DNA from: a virus
Taxonomy: Duplodnaviria > Caudoviricetes
DNA length: 64,000 bases
Reading direction: 5' to 3' (one strand)
IMG/VR virus record: IMGVR_UViG_3300020048_000007
Span: 128,001 to 192,000 of that record
This document shows, piece by piece, positions 37,072 to 46,121 of this stretch. Below the pieces are notes generated by a model. The model was not told where the DNA came from. It was given only the letters and a program-made list of their open reading frames with translations, and did not search any database. Each line of letters starts with the position of its first letter. The first letter of the stretch is position 1. The translations under genes were made by a program, and so were the position numbers.

Positions 37072-38277
37072 TTATACGCTATAAAAATCTTTAAAATGAC
37101 GATAGGCACGCCATTTCTTCCCGATAGAAACCTTCACCGGGAAAATATATTCCTCCTCAAGCACCCCATCAAACGGTCTCAACATAATATTACAGACCTG
37201 CCTAATGGTACTATTTATCTCAGCCTTATCTGGAGGAGAAGCAACCACAATTGAGTCATGAATGTCACATACGATCCTTGAGCCCATCTTCTCCCATATC
37301 TTCCTAATAGCTATATGCATCGCATGAGCCACAGATCCTTGCATAACACCATTGAACGACGACAACCGATTCTTCTCATCTGTAACAGTGAACTTTCTTC
37401 CAAGAACGGTGCTCATAGAATCCCTAGCAGAAAGACGCATGATCCAATCACCAAGATCAGGATAAGCTTTATCGAAAACAATGCTGTTGTAATCCAAAGA
37501 ATTGATACATCGCAAAAGAATTAGCTTACATTCATCACGAGAAAAAGTCTGATCCAATTCTTTCTGCTTACTAGCATCATTAAGAATAGACGCGAGCTTG
37601 GTGTACGGGTCAGAATCGATGAAGGCAGATGTTAAAGCTTTATCATTAGACAACATAGAAGCCACCCTAATATCAGCACAAATCCAGTCGAAATGAATCA
37701 GTACATCATTCTCCGAGCCATAGATAGTAGTCACATGATCCTTAGTGGAGAGACCCTGGATATTGAATTCAAGGCTTTTGCTCCTGCCAGTATGTGTTCT
37801 CTGACTCCATATAGGCTGGATATGGGTATAATTATACAGCAACCCGCTATTCTCTAAGTCCGCGTATACTATCGAGGAATTAGCTAGATATTTCTGGTAA
37901 ACATTGACTTTATGTTTAGCCATTTCTTCGAATATCTCTTCGGTATACCTTTCATCAGATCTAACACAATCATCACTGTCTTTCCTGGCCATATGAAAAT
38001 CGAAAACATTATATTCGCGATAGTCTATCGGTAAATCCAGTACGGTGATTAGATCTCTAAAATCTTGGCAAACTATCTCGAAATTCTTGTCATTTAATTT
38101 TAGGAAACACTCTCTAGCTTTGAGTGTTTCCTTCTTAATTTGCTTGATAGTTTTTAGTGAGCCTTCTCTATAAAGATCGAATTTATATGTCTTGCCATCT
38201 ATGAGGAATGATATAAATCTCGGCAGTTTCTTGTTTTTATCTCTATTGAAGATAACTGCTATATATGCTCTTCGCAC
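37072..38277 (-). CDS. polA: Compact family A DNA polymerase domain (PolA-like)
   Basis: RTHTGRSKS, motif A HFDWICADIRVA, motif B RDECK, NGVMQGSVA, motif C IHDSIVV. Confidence 0.75.
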   Translation of the reverse strand: MRRAYIAVIFNRDKNKKLPRFISFLIDGKTYKFDLYREGSLKTIKQIKKETLKARECFLKLNDKNFEIVCQDFRDLITVLDLPIDYREYNVFDFHMARKDSDDCVRSDERYTEEIFEEMAKHKVNVYQKYLANSSIVYADLENSGLLYNYTHIQPIWSQRTHTGRSKSLEFNIQGLSTKDHVTTIYGSENDVLIHFDWICADIRVASMLSNDKALTSAFIDSDPYTKLASILNDASKQKELDQTFSRDECKLILLRCINSLDYNSIVFDKAYPDLGDWIMRLSARDSMSTVLGRKFTVTDEKNRLSSFNGVMQGSVAHAMHIAIRKIWEKMGSRIVCDIHDSIVVASPPDKAEINSTIRQVCNIMLRPFDGVLEEEYIFPVKVSIGKKWRAYRHFKDFYSV

Positions 38278-38314
38278 TATCGTACCTCATATTTCCTCTT
38301 TCTATAAAACATGA

Positions 38315-38770
38315 TCAGCTTGTTATACCCTTATTCACGGCCTGAGCCACATCAGCTTGTGTTACCTTCGGCCCAAAATATTGGGTACGGGGGTCAGTCT
38401 TACCTTTCTTAGCTAATGTCTCCTTGATTTGCTGGGTCTCTCCCGGTTGTCTATGCTCTTTGAACGGGTCATTGTTCATGAGAGTATAAGTGTGCATATC
38501 TCTATGCACACCGTTTTTGTCAAGCCAACCATATCCACGAACGTATGTTGTAAAATTATGACCATATAGTGTCTTCTCGACATCTGTTGATTTGCATCGA
38601 GGGCATACGCATGCTGCATCTTTTTCTCTTTGAGTCGGATTCATAGAATGCGATGTTTCAAATAGAACATATGATTCATAGTTTTCATCGGATGATTCAA
38701 CATCACCAGATTCTACCTGATTCATATAAGACTGTGAGCATGGAAGACACTTATAGATATAATTCGGCAT
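38315..38770 (-). CDS. FmdB-like zinc-ribbon protein
   Basis: MPNYIYKCLPC...CPRC pattern. Confidence 0.7.
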   Translation of the reverse strand: MPNYIYKCLPCSQSYMNQVESGDVESSDENYESYVLFETSHSMNPTQREKDAACVCPRCKSTDVEKTLYGHNFTTYVRGYGWLDKNGVHRDMHTYTLMNNDPFKEHRQPGETQQIKETLAKKGKTDPRTQYFGPKVTQADVAQAVNKGITS

Positions 38771-38771
38771 T

Positions 38772-39170
38772 TCACACCAGTTCGATTTTGATAGATCTGA
38801 GCTTCATCAAGAAATTTCGTTCCGACATAAGAATGATACGCTCACCCTTATAAAAACCACCTTCAGTATTAATAATGTGCATATTAGCCCTATCTGGGAA
38901 TAACACCACATCACCAATTGAAATCTGTGTTACGTTAGGCCCAACACCAATGACCACACCTTCATTCTTATACTTATCACGATCAGTCAACATGATAGAT
39001 GATGCTTCCGCTTCCTGCCAAAGCGCAACCATCTCATTAAGAGGGTATAACTGTTTGATAGCCCTCTCATCGCCATGCACCGCAGGCATTTCTGCATTAG
39101 TATACGCAGATGGTCCACTAACAGTAGCCACAGTAGATTCAGAAGCAAGCTTATCGGACTTAGGTATCAT
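38772..39170 (-). CDS. groES: Co-chaperonin GroES-like
   Basis: LYPLNEMV, EGVVIGVGP, IGDVVLF, IILMSERNFL match the Cpn10 fold. Confidence 0.75.
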   Translation of the reverse strand: MIPKSDKLASESTVATVSGPSAYTNAEMPAVHGDERAIKQLYPLNEMVALWQEAEASSIMLTDRDKYKNEGVVIGVGPNVTQISIGDVVLFPDRANMHIINTEGGFYKGERIILMSERNFLMKLRSIKIELV

Positions 39171-39188
39171 AGTATCCTCCTAACCTAA

Positions 39189-40523
39189 TTACACTTCTCT
39201 AACGACCATGCAATCATATTGGATCTCACAATTAATCGAGACAAGCTTAGGACCATTTCTATTCTTAGCCACATACATAGTAATCCGAGGTGGCTGTGCC
39301 TGCCTATCAGCCTCAGACTGATTTAAACTGACAACGTAGTCAAGAGAGAATTGCTTTGCGAAGCTCTCAGACGCTTTAGTAACATCAATCATGCTATCAC
39401 TACCAGCACCACTACGATTAGTCTGAGTAGCAGTGAATACCAAAACATTCTCATTTTTAGCCAAACCACGAATCTCATTAGCAACGTGCTTCTGCTGAGA
39501 ATAGTCATCCTTGTTATAGTTAGCATTCCTACTAATCATAAGATCCATATAGTCAAGAATCACAACATCAGGCTTCCAGCCCTCTTGACGTTTTAAACTA
39601 TCCATCAAAGCATAGACGTGTGCAACACTGCATTCATCAGGCGGCATCTCATGTATCAGCAGCCTCTTGTTATAAGTCTGTTTTGTGCTGGTCATTACTC
39701 TACGAACGAGCTCTTGGTGGTGATGGATGTCATCTAATCGGACACCAGTAAGCGTCCCCACAGCCCGCAGAGCAGTCTTTAAAACATCCATCTCGAAAGT
39801 AATGAAGAGAACATCCTGACCCGTTTTGCCGTTGGATGTGTGTCCTCTTAAAGAACTGATTGCGTTATTGACTAGAAACACAGATTTACCGACGTTCGTC
39901 GGAGCAAGCCAGCACACCACTTCTTTAGGCGATGGACCACCATTGTTCAAAATATGGTCTAACCTTTGGAACCCTGTGGTCCTGTGCTCGATAGCATCAG
40001 GCTCGAATAGTAATTCGAAATTCTCTAAAAACCAGAATCCCTTGTCGCCGACATCAGCAATCCTGTTGGCTTCGTTGACGATTTTCTCGATATACTCAAA
40101 GTTCTCGCTGTTATATGCTTCAATCGCTTCCTCGCTGTAAAGCATACCGAATGCTCTAACCTTTGCCCACTTAAGAAGCGTATCCTTTATTAAAGGAATA
40201 TCTCGCGGATTACTTTTCTTTTCTATGATCGGCAAAATGATGTCAAACGGGTCGCTAGATGTCAGAGTAGATTCAATGACATCTTTTAATATAGCTCTGG
40301 TAGGAACTACATTATATTTCTCATATAAGTTTAAGATCGTGGCAATGACGTAACGGCATTCCATTCTCTTAAACATATCAGGTTTTAAAAATCTGATCAC
40401 CCCGGTGATGAATTCAGGGTGATCTAGTGATAACGCTATTATAGCTTCTTCTTGATACGGGCCAAACGGTTTGCTAGCGTTATCTTCTTGATCTAGATTG
40501 CTCAATATATCCAGCGTGCTCAT
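39189..40523 (-). CDS. dnaB: Replicative helicase, DnaB/gp41-like
   Basis: Walker A APTNVGKS, FITFEM, VILDYMDL, TATQTNR, KNRNG. Start moved to ATG 40523 (ATGA coupling). Confidence 0.9.
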   Translation of the reverse strand: MSTLDILSNLDQEDNASKPFGPYQEEAIIALSLDHPEFITGVIRFLKPDMFKRMECRYVIATILNLYEKYNVVPTRAILKDVIESTLTSSDPFDIILPIIEKKSNPRDIPLIKDTLLKWAKVRAFGMLYSEEAIEAYNSENFEYIEKIVNEANRIADVGDKGFWFLENFELLFEPDAIEHRTTGFQRLDHILNNGGPSPKEVVCWLAPTNVGKSVFLVNNAISSLRGHTSNGKTGQDVLFITFEMDVLKTALRAVGTLTGVRLDDIHHHQELVRRVMTSTKQTYNKRLLIHEMPPDECSVAHVYALMDSLKRQEGWKPDVVILDYMDLMISRNANYNKDDYSQQKHVANEIRGLAKNENVLVFTATQTNRSGAGSDSMIDVTKASESFAKQFSLDYVVSLNQSEADRQAQPPRITMYVAKNRNGPKLVSINCEIQYDCMVVREV

Positions 40524-40834
40524 GTGCAATATTTCTGCTTCTTGGTCTGTATAGCAAGTAGAACCGCTTGTGCTCTCATCTCCGCAAGAGTCAACGCCGT
40601 GCATTGATCTATCATCTCATCTTCTGTGAAATACAACACAGCACCATTAATGAGAGATGTCCTGTCGCCATATAGTGATGGGGCCAATGGCTGACTTGCA
40701 GACGCTTGAATTGTATAAACCCAAACATTATTGATGAACGACATTGACGATACTTTTACTGGCTCTAGGAAACCAAGAGCTGCAGACTCGCGAAGGTAAA
40801 CGACATCACCTGGATTGTATTTTGGGCCTGTCAT
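40520..40834 (-). CDS. Hypothetical protein (KOW/SH3-like start, C-terminal helix)
   Basis: 104 aa, KYNPGDVVYL; coupled to recA and dnaB. Confidence 0.6.
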   Translation of the reverse strand: MTGPKYNPGDVVYLRESAALGFLEPVKVSSMSFINNVWVYTIQASASQPLAPSLYGDRTSLINGAVLYFTEDEMIDQCTALTLAEMRAQAVLLAIQTKKQKYCT

Positions 40835-41964
40835 TCTGAACCTCCATCAAGGATTCCATCGTCTAAACCATCTTCATCTAATGTTTCTTCGATATTAATA
40901 GCGAAGTTTTGACGTTTCTGTATATCGCCAAACATCGCTTTATACGTTCGATCTTTAATCTCATTCATAATGGCTTCATTAGAACGGACATTTTGAATAG
41001 TATTATTGATGCCATTACCAACGTGGGTTTCCCCAAAATAGTAGTTGCTTCCACGTTTAGTAAAGACTTTTGCTACCTTCTCTGAAATTTCAATCAGGCT
41101 AGCTACTTCGTCGATACCGAATATCGGTCTAACATCTTTTCCTACGCATATATCGTATTCAGCTTCCAGAAATGGCGCTGCGACCTTGTTTTTTACGACC
41201 TTCGATCTCGTCCTAAATGCGATTATATCGTCTTTATCTTTAATGGGCGCGACCTTTTTGATTTCCATGCGAATTGAAGCATAGAATTTTAGAGCACGAC
41301 CACCAGGCGTATGCTCTGGATTACCAAACATTTGACCGACTTTTTCACGCAACTGATTGATGAAGATAATGGTAGTCTTTGTATTATTGCACTTTCCTCT
41401 GATCTTTCCGAGACCTTTGCCCATCAGCTGAGCTAAGGCACCCATATTAGCGTCGCTTATATCACCCTCAAGAATAGATCTCGGTACTAAAGCAGCGACA
41501 GAATCGACGACCACTAGATCCACAAGCCCAGAATCAACGATGCGTTCTATGATTTGGAAGCCTTCTTCGCCACTATCCGGCTGCGAAATTATGAGGTTAT
41601 CCGTGTTGACACCTATCTTTTTAGCCCATTGGATATCAAGGGCATGCTCAGCATCTATGAAGGCTACAACGCCGTTTCTTTTTTTGTCTTTAAAATAGTA
41701 GTTTTGGCATGCTTTCGTAATCTGCAAGCATGTTGTGGTTTTTCCACCTGACTCTGGCCCATATATTTCTATTATTCTACCTAGCGGCAAGCCACCGCAT
41801 CCTAACGCGTAGTCTATTGATGCTACTTGCGTTGAGAACACTTGTACGTTGACTATTGATCCGTTTCCCTGTGCAATAGAGCCACTACCGAAGTCTTTTT
41901 CAATTGATTGCAGCAAATCATTTAGATTTGTGCTCTTTATTATCGTCTTCTTTTCCTTGGCCAT
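40831..41964 (-). CDS. recA: Recombinase RecA
   Basis: GRIIEIYGPESGGKTT, FIDAEHALD, SQPDSGE, VVDSVAAL, FINQLREKVG, GGRALKFYASIR, KNKVAAPF. Confidence 0.97.
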   Translation of the reverse strand: MAKEKKTIIKSTNLNDLLQSIEKDFGSGSIAQGNGSIVNVQVFSTQVASIDYALGCGGLPLGRIIEIYGPESGGKTTTCLQITKACQNYYFKDKKRNGVVAFIDAEHALDIQWAKKIGVNTDNLIISQPDSGEEGFQIIERIVDSGLVDLVVVDSVAALVPRSILEGDISDANMGALAQLMGKGLGKIRGKCNNTKTTIIFINQLREKVGQMFGNPEHTPGGRALKFYASIRMEIKKVAPIKDKDDIIAFRTRSKVVKNKVAAPFLEAEYDICVGKDVRPIFGIDEVASLIEISEKVAKVFTKRGSNYYFGETHVGNGINNTIQNVRSNEAIMNEIKDRTYKAMFGDIQKRQNFAINIEETLDEDGLDDGILDGGSE

Positions 41965-42223
41965 CTCTTAGGTTTCCTAGCATTGAGTATATTTGTGACA
42001 TGGTTTTGTCATAGTCTAAGACCTTTAACACATCTTTTGCTGGTAATCGTATTGTTATGGGGCCTTTGGTCAATACAAGATCGTGCTCCACAACTCCAGC
42101 GACCAGCCAATCACCATCTGTTGTGGGCTTGTCTATAGGGGATGAAATATAAGATAGGTTCTTAATAGTAAGTAACCTGACTCTATCAAGTCTTCCTATA
42201 CGTTCTAGTGACTCTTGTGCCAT
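41918..42223 (-). CDS. Hypothetical protein
   Basis: ORF track 41918-42277; likely start MAQES at 42223. Confidence 0.5.
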   Translation of the reverse strand: MAQESLERIGRLDRVRLLTIKNLSYISSPIDKPTTDGDWLVAGVVEHDLVLTKGPITIRLPAKDVLKVLDYDKTMSQIYSMLGNLRDGQGKEDDNKEHKSK

Positions 42224-42258
42224 GGCAAATTTATCTTTAGATGGAGGGTTCAATGCCG

Positions 42259-42801
42259 ATGAGCAGTAAACTGACAAAGAATGAGAAAATGCTTGTTGAA
42301 GCTATCAACAGCATGTTTGATCTGGACGCGCAAGTAGGTCTCGCCTTCCATGACAAAAAAGATCTCGAACCGCATAATGAAGAACGCGGATACGAATACT
42401 TACACAACCAAATAGATGATATGTTCGCACTCAAAGCAGCAGAGCTCATCCATGCCGATAGCGTGAATCAGGCATTCCACAAAGTACACAGCTACAAATA
42501 TCTAGATGACCCCACATTTCCAACTGCAATGGAAAAAGAATTGGTTGCACAAGCCGTGCCAGCAGAAGAACGAGCCAAAGCAGTTGCCGCCATAACCAGC
42601 ATCATCAAAGAGCTAAGGAAAGAACAAAAAAACTGGGCTGAAAAAGACTACGGTTTCAACCCACACATGGACGAAATCGAAAAAGTATCAAAACCAGAAC
42701 AACCACTAGATTTTAAAATCCATGATAAAGATGGATATAACGAAGCCAACGTGGACTGGGACAAAGAAGACTTTAAACCGGGTCGAACCCCAGACGCATG
42801 A
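42259..42801 (+). CDS. Hypothetical protein
   Basis: RBS GGAGG; strong A/C third-position bias. Confidence 0.65.
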   Translation: MSSKLTKNEKMLVEAINSMFDLDAQVGLAFHDKKDLEPHNEERGYEYLHNQIDDMFALKAAELIHADSVNQAFHKVHSYKYLDDPTFPTAMEKELVAQAVPAEERAKAVAAITSIIKELRKEQKNWAEKDYGFNPHMDEIEKVSKPEQPLDFKIHDKDGYNEANVDWDKEDFKPGRTPDA

Positions 42802-43040
42802 AAATCAGGCAGATATACGAAAACCTCCTGAACCAAAAATTGCGAGAACTATCGCAAGATACCGGCTTCTTCCAAAGACCAGCCGTTAACAGCATACCAT
42901 TATACGATGCCGAACGTGGCTTTGATTCCGACTCAAGAGCCACATCCAACACGACCGGCAAAAAAGGTATTCCCACATCTAAACGGCACAGAAAATTCTT
43001 CAATATAAGCATCGGGCCAGAAGAAATGTCTGTTCAGTAA
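42798..43040 (+). CDS. Small protein with MKIRQIYE leader
   Basis: 80 aa; ATGA-coupled to previous gene. Confidence 0.55.
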   Translation: MKIRQIYENLLNQKLRELSQDTGFFQRPAVNSIPLYDAERGFDSDSRATSNTTGKKGIPTSKRHRKFFNISIGPEEMSVQ

Positions 43041-43795
43041 ACAGAAATAATACCTGAACCCTGACACTTAGGACAAACAATATCCTGATTCATGTTCCTA
43101 ATACTGCCAGCTTCATGGCAGAGAGGACATGATTTCATAGAATCCTTATAACCAGATTTAAAATCTGGACTCTTACCACTAATAGAATCCTCAGCCATAC
43201 GTTTAAACCGATTCTGCAAATGCTGATCATTCTCGCGCTTCGAAATCTTAATCCTTGTAGTGCCGGTGCCGTCTACCCTTCTCTCCGGAATCGCAATCGG
43301 AACGCCCTCCCGCCCCTCCATCATCGTGATTTTAGCCTGTCCCTTAAGTAAACTAGGGTCAAGCTTATCCTTAGAAGAGCTAGCCTGAAAGCTAGAAAAA
43401 GACTCAACTCCGCCACCACCAACAGACTGCATCATCTTATTATCAATGAAATCAGTCGTAACGATATCATCACCTTCCATAGGCAAAAAAGCCTGATTCT
43501 GAGGAGCATTATATTGTGGTTGAGGCTGCTGAACCACCGGTGCTGCAGGAGCATGAACTACCGACAAATTATTACCAGGATTTACTGAAATATTCAATCC
43601 CAACAACTTAGCTTGAGCCAAAAACTCATCGATCTGCTTCTGTCGATTAGTATATGCAATACGAGCACTCTTGATAGTCGCATCTTCCGCATGCTCATCA
43701 CATATAACGACGGTTGTCCTCTCACCACCATCTAATGTGATTTGAAGCGTAGTATTTAAATTTTCAGAAGCGCCACAGTAAACACAAGTGCTCAT
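43034..43795 (-). CDS. Zinc-finger protein with low-complexity linker
   Basis: N-terminal CVYC...CDEH; C-terminal CPLC...CPKC (DnaJ-like CxxCxGxG). Confidence 0.7.
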   Translation of the reverse strand: MSTCVYCGASENLNTTLQITLDGGERTTVVICDEHAEDATIKSARIAYTNRQKQIDEFLAQAKLLGLNISVNPGNNLSVVHAPAAPVVQQPQPQYNAPQNQAFLPMEGDDIVTTDFIDNKMMQSVGGGGVESFSSFQASSSKDKLDPSLLKGQAKITMMEGREGVPIAIPERRVDGTGTTRIKISKRENDQHLQNRFKRMAEDSISGKSPDFKSGYKDSMKSCPLCHEAGSIRNMNQDIVCPKCQGSGIISVY

Positions 43796-43809
43796 AGAAG
43801 ATCCTCATC

Positions 43810-44211
43810 ATGAAAACGCGATTCATCGTTATACCCGTCAACCTAGGCATCAATATTGATGATATTATAAGTACAGATCTAACTGATCTGACAACAGAAT
43901 CGAGATCCGAATTAGATAAAGCACTCAACATAGCAAAAGCAGTACAAAGCGTCAAAATAGAAAAAACCAAACAAAAAGAAGAAAAAACCACCAAGCTACA
44001 AAAAAACATAATAGCCCTATACGAAGCAATTAAAAACGCAAACACAACAGGCGTATCATCAAAAGACATAAAAACAATACTAAACGACGAATCAGCAAAC
44101 CTAAGCACACTGACACCAAAGCTACGGACATACCTGAAAGAACAAGACCCTGAATATGAATTAGAAAAAGTAACAAGAGCAGGAACAGTATACTATCGCT
44201 TCTCTAAATAG
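43810..44211 (+). CDS. Hypothetical protein, possible C-terminal winged helix
   Basis: Lys-rich; GVSSKDIKTIL...LSTLTPKLRTYL...RAGTVYYRF resembles wHTH. Confidence 0.55.
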   Translation: MKTRFIVIPVNLGINIDDIISTDLTDLTTESRSELDKALNIAKAVQSVKIEKTKQKEEKTTKLQKNIIALYEAIKNANTTGVSSKDIKTILNDESANLSTLTPKLRTYLKEQDPEYELEKVTRAGTVYYRFSK

Positions 44212-45133
44212 GCTTTTTCTCGACAAACCCCCGCTGAGCATACTTAATTAGCCTCAAAACGCAACTGCTAACATCCATGCAGTGATCCCACTGGGCATAA
44301 CTTCCAACGCAATGGATACCTAATTTTTCGACGATATCGAGAATAGGCATTTCACCCAACACAAGGTAATCCTTAATGCTCGTACCATCCAAAATGTCAA
44401 AGTCCTTCAAAAAAGACATAAAATACTGACCTGGATAAGGAATTTCCTCATTAAAATAAAACAAATACCTATTTTTCGCAATATTAGAAACCTTAAAAAA
44501 TGAAAACATCTTATCGACCACCATCACCTGATTACTACCCTCAAAATCCAAGTGCTCAGTATAAACATGCATAAAATGAACAGGTTTAGCCTTAAGATCA
44601 TGAGAAACGCCACAAAGATCAAAAAGAACATTCAATGGAATAGTGCTTACAATGTTCTCATAGTCCACCCTTTTGCCTCCCTCAAAAACTAAAGTCTTAT
44701 CCTTAATAGCTGTTAGCCTCCCCAGCTCAGAGCCCTTTGAAATATCAGTGGTTTCTAGGTACTTTGAATACAGCTCATTTACTCTTAAATCGTAGACCTC
44801 AAGTTCCATATTGTGTTTCATATAAGCACTAATATGAGAAGGCGTGTTTACTCCAAACAAATTACTAGCCCAATCCATACAGATTCCATCATCATGATTC
44901 TGGTACAGTAATCCTCTGATGGAATAAGCCCTGTTATATTGAAACTTCTGAACTTTACCGAATTTATCAGACACAAAGCAATCTACTTCTTTATTGGCCA
45001 CCATGAAGTTGTCGTCGAGACTTGGGTTAAAGGAAAAAAACCTACTCTTATAAAACGGAATTATTGTCCAATCTGGCCCTAAAATATCTCTTGCAAGCAT
45101 CGCTACGACACCAGATCCTAATATGTATTTCAT
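44204..45133 (-). CDS. FAD-dependent oxidoreductase-like protein (divergent)
   Basis: N-terminal YILGSGVVAMLA Rossmann start, DYENIVSTIPL, C-terminal VGSYAQWDHCMD, as in UDP-galactopyranose mutase / amine oxidase-like folds. Confidence 0.55.
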   Translation of the reverse strand: MKYILGSGVVAMLARDILGPDWTIIPFYKSRFFSFNPSLDDNFMVANKEVDCFVSDKFGKVQKFQYNRAYSIRGLLYQNHDDGICMDWASNLFGVNTPSHISAYMKHNMELEVYDLRVNELYSKYLETTDISKGSELGRLTAIKDKTLVFEGGKRVDYENIVSTIPLNVLFDLCGVSHDLKAKPVHFMHVYTEHLDFEGSNQVMVVDKMFSFFKVSNIAKNRYLFYFNEEIPYPGQYFMSFLKDFDILDGTSIKDYLVLGEMPILDIVEKLGIHCVGSYAQWDHCMDVSSCVLRLIKYAQRGFVEKKPI

Positions 45134-45582
45134 TCTTCCACCAAATCCTCATCAAAATTGATACCAAGGTCACTCTTCGGAAGCTTCTTACCAGAACCAT
45201 AATCTATGAAGTCACCGCCAAACACAGCCTTCCTCTTATCAACATCAACCGGCTTATTGAAGCCAACCAAAGGATTAAAAGCATGATCTATGAGATCAGA
45301 CAAGCTCATAATATTGGCTCTAATAGGATCTATAAAAGGAAAAACTGGTTTCGGTCTCAGACTCTCACACTGCTCACAGACACATTCACCAGACATTCTA
45401 TACTCAATACCAGCACCGCACGCAGGACAAGTCAACAGTACCTTAGTAGGTCTTACAAGATCACCAAACGCATCTAAAGACTTTCGGTGATCCACTATGT
45501 TACCACTAAACTCAAAAGGTCTTGCATAGACCTTTACTCCATAGATATCGACTTCGACTAAATCGTACGGATTATAACTCAC
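45130..45582 (-). CDS. Zinc-ribbon hypothetical protein
   Basis: CPAC...CEQC. Confidence 0.6.
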   Translation of the reverse strand: MSYNPYDLVEVDIYGVKVYARPFEFSGNIVDHRKSLDAFGDLVRPTKVLLTCPACGAGIEYRMSGECVCEQCESLRPKPVFPFIDPIRANIMSLSDLIDHAFNPLVGFNKPVDVDKRKAVFGGDFIDYGSGKKLPKSDLGINFDEDLVEE

Positions 45583-46121
45583 GATGAACTAGACCAGGAT
45601 GATTCAACAGGTACGTTTTGTTTAGAAACCCAGTAATGATATCTATCTTGACAAATACTTATTTCAAGGTCTCTAGAAGATGCTTCGACTGAAGCATTCT
45701 TCCTAAAATCAACTCCACCACAAACGCACACATTCTTAGAAATGCTATTTCTCCCACATTTTAAGCACACATATGGCTGTTTAGACATATTTACAGAAAC
45801 TTTCCCGAAGACAGCATAATAATAAGCATCTGACAACACAAGATCTACACCTGTTAAACCACAAAAATGCTTCACAATGCCAGTCCTATTGTTCATACTA
45901 GAAGTATAAACATTAACGACTTCATCAGAAACACTTTCATAGCATGCGGCACAAAAGTCAAATGACTTCTCCGGTTTTTGCTGCAGTATATCTGTTATAG
46001 GTGGTCTCCTACCGCCATACTGCTTTACCTTCATCACATTCACACTATAATAATCAAAGTCTTCCTTATTCGTCGCTTTGCATATATCACATATTATTCC
46101 GGTTTGATCTTGCGTTTGCAT
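45579..46121 (-). CDS. Cys-rich hypothetical protein
   Basis: CDIC, CAAC, CLKC...CVCG motifs. Confidence 0.6.
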   Translation of the reverse strand: MQTQDQTGIICDICKATNKEDFDYYSVNVMKVKQYGGRRPPITDILQQKPEKSFDFCAACYESVSDEVVNVYTSSMNNRTGIVKHFCGLTGVDLVLSDAYYYAVFGKVSVNMSKQPYVCLKCGRNSISKNVCVCGGVDFRKNASVEASSRDLEISICQDRYHYWVSKQNVPVESSWSSSS

